42,446 nt of DNA from Sphingobacteriales bacterium (GTDB lineage: Bacteria; Bacteroidota; Bacteroidia; Sphingobacteriales; Sphingobacteriaceae): contig JBIOHE010000001.1 in the NCBI GenBank assembly GCA_044448725.1, positions 1 to 42,446 on the forward strand. Direction: 5' to 3'. Under the pieces are notes generated by a model, which saw only the letters and a list, made by a program, of their open reading frames with translations, did no database searches and was not told the origin of the DNA. Shown here piece after piece: positions 35,507 to 42,446 of the stretch. Position 1 is the stretch's first letter. Every line of letters starts with the position of its first letter. Both the position numbers and the translations under genes were made by a program.

Positions 35507-36781
35507 ATGCAATTACAGAAATATCAAATCGACGAATTAAATCAACAGTACATGAACGATCACAAACGCAAGTTTGAGTTTGTTGCCGCTGATGTTACCA
35601 GCTTAGAGGACATTTTGCAGAAACTCGTGGCTTTTAATATTGCGATACCAAGCTGGGCTTTAGGCACCGGCGGTACACGTTTCGGACGGTTTTCAGGCGG
35701 CGGAGAACCACGCAGCCTGGAGGAAAAAATAGAAGATGTCGGGCTTATTCACGCGCTAAATAAATCCAGTAATTCCATTTCACTGCATATTCCCTGGGAT
35801 ATTCCGGAACATGCTGATTCGATAAAAAAACTGGCGTCACAGCTTGGTTTGCACTTTGATGCGGTAAATTCCAACACCTTCCAGGATCAGCCGGGACAAA
35901 AATTAAGCTATAAGTTTGGCTCACTGCACCATGTGGATAAAGCGGTGCGCAAACAGGCCATCGCACATAATATTGAGGTGATAAAATATGGCGTTCAGCT
36001 GAGATCAAAAGCGCTTTCCGTTTGGTTGTCTGACGGATCGAATTTTCCGGGGCAGTTAAATTTCCGCAAGGCTTTTCAAAATACGCTCGAAAGTTTGCAG
36101 GAAATATATGAAGCCCTGCCTGCTGACTGGAAAGCTTGGATAGAGTATAAGCCATTTGAGCCTAATTTTTATTCAACAAGCATCGGCGACTGGGGGCAAT
36201 CGTATTTATTGGCCAGTAAACTTGGTAATAAAGCCGCAACATTGGTTGACCTTGGCCACCATTTGCAGGGCTGTAATATTGAACAGATCGTATCCCTGTT
36301 GCTGATGGAGGGCAAACTGGCAGGTTTCCATTTCAATGATTCCAAATACGGCGATGACGACCTGACAGTCGGCAGCATCAACCCTTACCAATTATTTTTG
36401 ATATTTAATGAACTGGTTGAAGGCATGGATGCGCGGGGCATGGACCATGCCTCTGCGATAGGGTGGATGATAGACGCGTCGCATAATGTAAAAGACCCGA
36501 TAGAAGATCTGCTGCAATCTGTACAGGCTATAAAAATAGCTTATGCCCAGGCCTTGCTGGTTGATAAGGAAGCTTTGACAGCCGCACAAAACAACAACGA
36601 TGTGGCCCTTGCCCAGGAAATTCTGCAACAAGCCTACCGCACAGATGTTCGCCCGCTTATAGCAGAGGCAAGCCTGCGTGCAGGCGGCGCATTAGACCCC
36701 ATCGGCGTTTTCAGGAAATTGAATGTAAGGGGACAGCTGATAAAAGAGCGTGGATCAAAAACGGTTGCTACAGGGTTGTAG
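35507..36781 (+). CDS. rhaI: L-rhamnose isomerase, RhaI (xylose-isomerase-like TIM barrel) type
   Basis: PSWALGTGGTRFGRF, SLHIPWD, NSNTFQDQ, DGSNFPGQ, EYKPFEP.FY, VDLGHH, FHFNDSKYGDDDL. Confidence 0.88.
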   Translation: MQLQKYQIDELNQQYMNDHKRKFEFVAADVTSLEDILQKLVAFNIAIPSWALGTGGTRFGRFSGGGEPRSLEEKIEDVGLIHALNKSSNSISLHIPWDIPEHADSIKKLASQLGLHFDAVNSNTFQDQPGQKLSYKFGSLHHVDKAVRKQAIAHNIEVIKYGVQLRSKALSVWLSDGSNFPGQLNFRKAFQNTLESLQEIYEALPADWKAWIEYKPFEPNFYSTSIGDWGQSYLLASKLGNKAATLVDLGHHLQGCNIEQIVSLLLMEGKLAGFHFNDSKYGDDDLTVGSINPYQLFLIFNELVEGMDARGMDHASAIGWMIDASHNVKDPIEDLLQSVQAIKIAYAQALLVDKEALTAAQNNNDVALAQEILQQAYRTDVRPLIAEASLRAGGALDPIGVFRKLNVRGQLIKERGSKTVATGL

Positions 36782-36941
36782 CGAGAGTAAAGAATCAAGA
36801 GCCAAGAGCCAAGAATCAGGGAAATGGTAAACGGGGAGAGAAATCCGATAAAAAGTAAAAAGGGCTATCAGTTTATGTCCGCATTGCGTAATAAAAAACT
36901 TCATTTTTTCCTGGTTCTTGGCTCTTGACTTTTGGTTCTCA
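36782..36941. repeat. Element with inverted AAGAGCC/AAGAATC heptamer arms (same arm family as 882 and 41056, different core)
   Basis: AAGAATC AAGAGCC AAGAGCC AAGAATC AGG ... CCT GGTTCTT GGCTCTT GACTTTT GGTTCTC. Confidence 0.8.
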
Positions 36942-36964
36942 ATTCACATAAATAATATCTCCAA

Positions 36965-38323
36965 ATGAGCGCCAAAGCAGTTATAGCAGTATTTGATGTT
37001 GGCAAAACCAACAAAAAAATATTTCTTTTTGATGAAGATTATCATATTGTTTTTGAAAGATCGGCCCGGTTTTTTGAGACGGCTGATGAGGATGGTTTTC
37101 CCTGCGAAAACCTGGAAAGCCTGAAATTATCAGTTTTCGACTCCTTAAAAGAAGTATCCGCATTAAAGGAATTCAGCATAAAAGCGGTTAACTTTTCTGC
37201 TTATGGCGCAAGTTTTGTAAATATTGATAAGGCCGGCAACCCGGTAACACCGCTATATAATTACCTGAAACCCTACCCCGAAGCATTGAGCCATCAGCTT
37301 TATGAAAAATATGGCGGCGAAGAGCAGTTTAGCACCGACACCGCATCACCTCTTTTAGGAAGCCTGAATTCGGGCCTGCAATTGTACAGGTTAAAAAAGG
37401 AAAACCCGGAAAAGTTCCGGCAATTAAAATTCGCTTTGCACCTTCCCCAATACCTGAGCTTTTTGCTAACGGGAATTTGCTATTCTGATATGACAAGCAT
37501 TGGTTGCCATACAGGGATGTGGAATTTTGGAAAAAACCGCTATCATGATTGGATCCGGGGTGAGGGTGTGGCTTTAAAACTTGCCCCGATAGTAAGTGCA
37601 GACAAGGCCTTACCGGCGCTATTCCCCGGTGCAAAGTATAAAGTTGGCGTAGGCCTGCACGATAGTTCAGCCGCTTTGATCCCCTACCTGGTGAATTTCA
37701 ATGAACCATTCATTTTAATCTCGACGGGCACCTGGTGCATAAGTTTAAACCCTTTTGATCAATCCACGCTAACTGCCGGACAGCTCAAAAAAGATTGCTT
37801 ATGTTATATACAGTTCCAGGGAAAGCCGGTAAAAGCCTCCCGGTTGTTTTCAGGCTTCGCCCATGAACTGCAGTCGGGCCGGATAGCCGGACATTTTCAT
37901 CAGGACGCTATAAAATACAGAAATGTAATATTCGATCCGGAAATCGTCAGTTACCTAAAACTCAACTTTTCTCAATCTTTAAATTTTGAAGAACGGGACC
38001 TTTCTGATTTTAAAACGGATATCGAAGCATATCATCAGCTTATGCTGGATTTAATCCGTTTACAGTCAGCATCTACGCAAATGGTACTTCTGGGCACAGA
38101 GGTAAAAAGGATATTTGTTGACGGCGGATTTAGCAAAAACAGTATATTTATGCACTTATTGGCGGCGGCTTTCCCCTGCTTGGAGGTATTTGCCGCTTCA
38201 ATGGCGCAAGCATCAGCCGTGGGCGCCGCACTAATTATGCATAGGGTATGGAACACCAAAAAAATTCCGAATGACATTATCGAATTAAAATATTACTCTG
38301 CAAGTCAAGCACTTTCAATATGA
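36965..38323 (+). CDS. FGGY-family sugar kinase, probable rhamnulokinase
   Basis: FDVGKTNKK, GLHDSSAAL, STGTWCI, VDGGFSKN, plus its position in the rha operon. Confidence 0.8.
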   Translation: MSAKAVIAVFDVGKTNKKIFLFDEDYHIVFERSARFFETADEDGFPCENLESLKLSVFDSLKEVSALKEFSIKAVNFSAYGASFVNIDKAGNPVTPLYNYLKPYPEALSHQLYEKYGGEEQFSTDTASPLLGSLNSGLQLYRLKKENPEKFRQLKFALHLPQYLSFLLTGICYSDMTSIGCHTGMWNFGKNRYHDWIRGEGVALKLAPIVSADKALPALFPGAKYKVGVGLHDSSAALIPYLVNFNEPFILISTGTWCISLNPFDQSTLTAGQLKKDCLCYIQFQGKPVKASRLFSGFAHELQSGRIAGHFHQDAIKYRNVIFDPEIVSYLKLNFSQSLNFEERDLSDFKTDIEAYHQLMLDLIRLQSASTQMVLLGTEVKRIFVDGGFSKNSIFMHLLAAAFPCLEVFAASMAQASAVGAALIMHRVWNTKKIPNDIIELKYYSASQALSI

Positions 38324-39054
38324 CCGTAGGATTATTTATACCTTGTTACGTAGATCAGTTTTATCCTGAGGCGGCAATTGCCACACTTCAGCTTCTCGAA
38401 AAATTAGGCGTGAACGTAACTTATCCAAAACGCCAAACCTGTTGCGGACAGCCGATGGCGAACTCAGGTTTCGGACATTTAACCGGCGGATGTGATGAAT
38501 TGTTCATTGAAAATTTTGCGGAATTTGATTATGTGGTAGCACCGTCCGGCAGCTGTGTTTTACATATCAGGGAACATTTGCAGTATGCTGATAACCCGGG
38601 AAAAGCGAATCCGCTCAATTATAAGGTATATGAGCTAACATCCTTTCTGACGGATATTTTGAAGGTGAAATCATTACAGGCAAAATTCCCTCATAAAGTT
38701 GGCGTACACCAAAGCTGCCATGGACAACGGGGCTTGCACCTTTCGTCAATGAGTGAGTTGGTGGCCCCGGAATTTTCAAAGCCGGGGAGTTTATTAAATA
38801 TGGTGGAAGGGATTGAAATTGTTCCGCTTGACCGTAAAGATGAATGTTGCGGTTTTGGGGGAACTTTTTGCGTGACCGAAGAAGCCGTTTCAGCAAAAAT
38901 GGGGATAGACCGGGTTGAAGATCACGTAATCCATGGTGCAGAATATATTACAGGTGTCGATATGTCATGTCTGATGCACATGGAAGGAATCCTCAACCGG
39001 CAGGGAAGTAAAGTTAAAGTAATTCATATTGCAGAAATATTAAATGCGGGATAA
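38320..39054 (+). CDS. lutA: L-lactate utilisation protein A (LutA/LldE; CCG domains)
   Basis: FIPCYVDQ, QTCCGQPMANSG, PSGSC, HQSCH, ECCGFGGTF, D.SCLMH. Confidence 0.9.
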   Translation: MTVGLFIPCYVDQFYPEAAIATLQLLEKLGVNVTYPKRQTCCGQPMANSGFGHLTGGCDELFIENFAEFDYVVAPSGSCVLHIREHLQYADNPGKANPLNYKVYELTSFLTDILKVKSLQAKFPHKVGVHQSCHGQRGLHLSSMSELVAPEFSKPGSLLNMVEGIEIVPLDRKDECCGFGGTFCVTEEAVSAKMGIDRVEDHVIHGAEYITGVDMSCLMHMEGILNRQGSKVKVIHIAEILNAG

Positions 39055-39055
39055 G

Positions 39056-40432
39056 ATGTCGGAAATTACAACGAAAGAACACGCAGAACTTGCCCGGAAT
39101 TTTAATACCGATGAGGCGCGTGTTGACTGGCATGATGAAACATTGTGGTGGATAAGGACAAAAAGGGATAAAGCCGTACAACAATTACCTGAATGGGAGG
39201 CACTCAGAGAGGCCGCTTCGCTCATAAAACATAATGTTTTAGCAAACCTTGATACCTACTTATTGCAATTTGAAGCAAACGCTGTTGCCAATGGGGTAAA
39301 AGTACACTGGGCAAAAGATGCCGCGGAGCATAACCAGATAGTTTATCAAATCTTACAGGACAAGGAAGTAACCCGCATTGTTAAAAGTAAATCGATGCTT
39401 ACCGAGGAATGCGGGTTGAACGGGTTTCTATCCCAAAAAGGCGTAGAGGTTATTGATTCTGACTTGGGAGAAAGGATCGTACAGTTGGCAGAAGAATCGC
39501 CAAGTCATATCGTTTTGCCATGCATCCACAAAAAGAAGGAAGAGATTGGCGAACTGTTCCATCAGCATTTAGGTATTCCGGCTGGGATTTCTGATCCTCA
39601 GTTTCTCACAGAAACGGCACGGGCCCATTTAAGAGCAATTTTTTTGACCCGAAAAGCTGCGCTCACAGGTGTAAATTTTGCCGTTGCAGAAACCGGTGAA
39701 ATCGTTGTTTGTACCAATGAAGGAAACGCAGACATGGGCGCCAACCTTGCCGATGTACATATAGCAAGTATGGGTATTGAAAAACTCATACCAGAGAAAA
39801 AACATCTGGGTGTTTTTCTAAGGGTATTAACCAGAAGCGCTACAGGACAGCCAATAACTACCTATTCAAGTCATTTCAAAAAACCCGCTGAAGGAAAAGA
39901 AATGCATATCATTTTGGTTGACAACGGCCGGACCGAACAATTAGGGCGGGAAGATTTTCAAAATTCATTAAAGTGTATCCGATGCGGGGCTTGTATGAAT
40001 ACCTGCCCGGTTTACCGGCGGAGTGGCGGACATAGCTATCATACGGCAATTGCCGGTCCTATTGGTTCTATTTTAGCGCCAAATCTCGACATGGAAAAAT
40101 ATGGAGATCTGCCTTTTGCCTCTACATTATGCGGCTCCTGCTCAAATGTTTGCCCTGTGAAGATAAACATTCACGAGCAGTTGTATAAATGGCGTCAGGT
40201 GATCGTTAAAGCCGGGCATGCTCCGGCTGCAAAAAAAATAGCAATGAAAGCAATGTCCCTTACGTTAGCTTCACCTGTAGCTTATAATGTGAGCGGCAAA
40301 ACTGCCCGCTGGATTTTAAAACATGCACCGTTTGCAATAAACAACAGTTTTAATCCATGGTATAAACACCGCGATATGCCGAAGGCCCCCGAAATGTCAT
40401 TTAAGGAATGGTATTCTGTTAATCGTAAATAA
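39056..40432 (+). CDS. lutB: L-lactate utilisation protein B (LutB/LldF; 4Fe-4S)
   Basis: VKSKSMLTEE, DLGE.IVQL, PSHIV.P, TNEGNAD, RSATGQ, CIRCGACMNTCPVY, LCGSCSNVCPV. Confidence 0.92.
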   Translation: MSEITTKEHAELARNFNTDEARVDWHDETLWWIRTKRDKAVQQLPEWEALREAASLIKHNVLANLDTYLLQFEANAVANGVKVHWAKDAAEHNQIVYQILQDKEVTRIVKSKSMLTEECGLNGFLSQKGVEVIDSDLGERIVQLAEESPSHIVLPCIHKKKEEIGELFHQHLGIPAGISDPQFLTETARAHLRAIFLTRKAALTGVNFAVAETGEIVVCTNEGNADMGANLADVHIASMGIEKLIPEKKHLGVFLRVLTRSATGQPITTYSSHFKKPAEGKEMHIILVDNGRTEQLGREDFQNSLKCIRCGACMNTCPVYRRSGGHSYHTAIAGPIGSILAPNLDMEKYGDLPFASTLCGSCSNVCPVKINIHEQLYKWRQVIVKAGHAPAAKKIAMKAMSLTLASPVAYNVSGKTARWILKHAPFAINNSFNPWYKHRDMPKAPEMSFKEWYSVNRK

Positions 40433-40444
40433 ATCTGGTGGCTT

Positions 40445-41053
40445 ATGGACACATTAAAAAGCAAAGAATTGATTTTAGAGAGGGTTGCCGGCAATAAACC
40501 GCAGCATACGGCGCTGCCTGATATTAGTTTTTTTGAAAAGAATAGCCAGGGCTCCCTGGCCACTTTTTCGGCAGTTTTAAATAGCATCGGTGGCGCCGCC
40601 TATGTTATTCATGACCTGAAAGAATTGATATCAATTGTAAAAGAAAAGTATGCAAAGGACGGACGTATCGTCTCTCCTAACGCCGAAGTCAAAAAGCTGA
40701 TAGAACAAAAGCCGGCGGATTTAAATGACGGGCATAACCTGAATGATGTTGAAGTTGCTATTATCAGCGCTCATTTTGCTGTAGCTGAAAACGGTGCTGT
40801 TTGGGTAACGGATGACCTGATGGGCAACCGTGCCCTTCCATTTATATGCCAGCATTTAGCAGTAGTGATTAACGAACATGATATTGTACCGACCATGCAT
40901 GAAGCTTACCTGCACCCAGCTTTGAGCAAGTACAATTACGGTTCATTTATTGCCGGACCTTCAAAAACTGCCGATATTGAGCAGTCTTTAGTTTTAGGGG
41001 CCCACGGGCCAAAAAGTATGGCGGTATTTGTTATTTTAAAACCGGATAGTTAG
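40445..41053 (+). CDS. lutC: L-lactate utilisation protein C (LutC/YkgG)
   Basis: AVAENGAVW and FIAGPSKTADIEQSLVLGAHGP. Confidence 0.92.
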   Translation: MDTLKSKELILERVAGNKPQHTALPDISFFEKNSQGSLATFSAVLNSIGGAAYVIHDLKELISIVKEKYAKDGRIVSPNAEVKKLIEQKPADLNDGHNLNDVEVAIISAHFAVAENGAVWVTDDLMGNRALPFICQHLAVVINEHDIVPTMHEAYLHPALSKYNYGSFIAGPSKTADIEQSLVLGAHGPKSMAVFVILKPDS

Positions 41054-41055
41054 TA

Positions 41056-41239
41056 ATGAGAGTCAAGATATTAGAGCCAGGAATCAAGAAAAAAAGCACA
41101 TTACCGTAAACCTGCCTGCCGGCAGGCAGGTTTACGGTAATGTGCTGAAAATATTTGGCTAAAATATTTTCTGATTGACAGATTTATACACTTGTCAAGC
41201 TATTTTCCTGACTCTTGGTTCTTGACTCTTGATTCGCAT
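41056..41239. repeat. MITE-like element copy 2, containing a perfect 52-bp palindrome (41095-41146)
   Basis: Shares TTTACGGTAATGTGCTGA, ATATTTTCTGATTG..GATTTATACACTTG..AAGCTATTTTC and the right terminus TGACTCTTGGTTCTTGACTCTTGATTCGCAT with 882-1037. Confidence 0.85.
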
Positions 41240-41275
41240 TAATAATAAATTTATTTCGCACTTAAATTCACTAAT

Positions 41276-41313
41276 CCGCCTTTACTTTTGCAAGTAAAGG
41301 CGGTGCTCTTTTT
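41276..41313 (+). terminator. Hairpin terminator between lutC and the convergent gene
   Basis: CCGCCTTTACTT-TTGC-AAGTAAAGGCGG followed by TGCTCTTTTT. Confidence 0.65.
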
Positions 41314-41435
41314 AACCGTCTTTAGTCAGCCCCCTACTGAATGAAAAAAAAATTGTACCGGGTATGTGAGACATTTTCGGATCGTTGGGTGAAAACACCC
41401 GGCAAATGCAGAAATTCCGGCGGTCTTTCGGGCCG

Positions 41436-42206
41436 CTATTTTGAGGCGGGATAAAGTAATTTTGTATTACCATAACGGCCAAGTATGCCGGTCACATAAT
41501 TTTGCAATTCCATGATCTGTGAACCCACCGCATTTTCCGCCCGGAGACCTGCGATGTCCGACTCAAAAAATGATACATCAATAGTTCCGTCAGGCCTAAG
41601 CTCCGAAAAAAAATAAACAACCCGGGCATTGAGCATTTGCGCTAAAAGAAAAATATTGGGCGAAATTTTGCCGCCCAATTTTTGGTCGGCCAAAGCTACT
41701 ACGGTGCCCCCCTGCCGTAAAATACTTTTTGCCCGGTTTAAAACAAAAGGCCCGGTTTGGAGAGCGGGAATCCTGTCATTTATACCCCACACCGCCATCG
41801 AGTTTTTAAGGTGCTGATCGCCTGTGATAGCGGCTGTTGGTTTGAAGCCATTTTCAATCAAATAACGCAGCGCTACTTTGGTTAAGGGCAGGTGCAGAGA
41901 GCATAGAACGGTTCCGTTTGTTTCATATTTTTTAAAAATTTCCATTCCTTTCGCCCTGATGGGTATAGGAAAAGGCTTTGGGCTGCGCGTCATCAAAGAC
42001 AATATCCCATTTAGTAAATAAGCATGTCTTATCCTGAAAGTACTTCTGCCTGCTAATGATGTTTGTCTTTTAAAATGGGTAAAAATGCCTGTCAGTTTCA
42101 TGGCGGTCCAATACCATTTTTCCGGTTGGTAAATGGAAACGATAAAAAAGGTTAAAAGTTTTCGCAGAAAAAAATAGAGTTTGTTCTTAATAAACGACAG
42201 GCTCAT
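41436..42206 (-). CDS. Hypothetical protein, weak LpxL/lysophospholipid acyltransferase-like fold
   Basis: KGMEIF, VLCSLH, LRQGGTVVALADQ and LAQMLNARVVYF resemble LpxL-type blocks. The HxxxxD/E motif is not clearly intact. Confidence 0.45.
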   Translation of the reverse strand: MSLSFIKNKLYFFLRKLLTFFIVSIYQPEKWYWTAMKLTGIFTHFKRQTSLAGRSTFRIRHAYLLNGILSLMTRSPKPFPIPIRAKGMEIFKKYETNGTVLCSLHLPLTKVALRYLIENGFKPTAAITGDQHLKNSMAVWGINDRIPALQTGPFVLNRAKSILRQGGTVVALADQKLGGKISPNIFLLAQMLNARVVYFFSELRPDGTIDVSFFESDIAGLRAENAVGSQIMELQNYVTGILGRYGNTKLLYPASK

Positions 42207-42322
42207 AGTGGTTCCGGTAACGTGTCCAAATATATGGGTTTAGATATTAAAGTGTAATATACATTTTAGGTGATTTTATGGAGTCGTGAAGTTCAAGCGG
42301 ACAAAATGGGGGGCGTATTTTC

Positions 42323-42446
42323 GAGGGTGTAAAATAAACTGTGTCAGTTAAAAATCAAAGAAGGATTTTTAACTTTAAGACGCAGAAAAATGAAACAGCA
42401 AGAATCGATTGACTACGAGTTAATCAAAAAGCAAGCCCTTGAGCAA
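42323..42446 (+). mobile_element. Left end of an IS256-family insertion sequence with the start of its transposase (42390 to the window end)
   Basis: The terminus GAGGGTGTAAAATAAACTGTGT resembles IS256-type IRs. The ORF MKQQESIDYELIKKQALEQ resembles the N-terminus of Bacteroidota IS256 transposases. Confidence 0.7.

Noticed and set aside
1-42446. tRNA, rRNA, prophage or integron
   Set aside because: No cloverleaf or rRNA-like stretch, integrase or phage structural gene was recognised by eye; a tRNAscan/Infernal run would be decisive.

Overview
A 42.4-kb chromosomal window from a Bacteroidota bacterium. Gene content, TAnnTTTG promoters and protein style point to Sphingobacteriaceae, probably Mucilaginibacter-like (inference). 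Left to right it holds: a truncated stand-alone Hpt gene, folK, sppA, an AT-rich inserted pair (82-aa protein + PIN nuclease), a PolX-PHP lacking its polymerase aspartates, an ADP-heptose cluster (hldA/rfaE1, gmhA, hldC/rfaE2, GT9), sixA, dprA, a BlaI + M56/TonB-C module with three palindromic operators, a GT2-ECF sigma-rsmG operon, DUF4290-murA, two ArnT/PMT-like glycosyltransferases, a DMT protein, an amylosucrase-like GH13 with an MFS sugar transporter, a nucleotidyltransferase-like protein, a small DUF1640-like protein, an L-rhamnose/L-lactate locus (GH78, GntR, rhaT, aldolase/dehydrogenase fusion, isomerase, kinase, lutABC), an acyltransferase-like gene and the left end of an IS256-family element at the window edge. 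The most striking unexplained signal is non-coding. Many intergenic gaps carry 7-8-nt tandem repeats, often arranged as inverted arms around a 60-100-nt core and butted against start or stop codons. One such element occurs as two related copies 40 kb apart, one of which contains a perfect 52-bp palindrome. Several REP-like doublets are also present. I found no rRNA, tRNA or CRISPR array.
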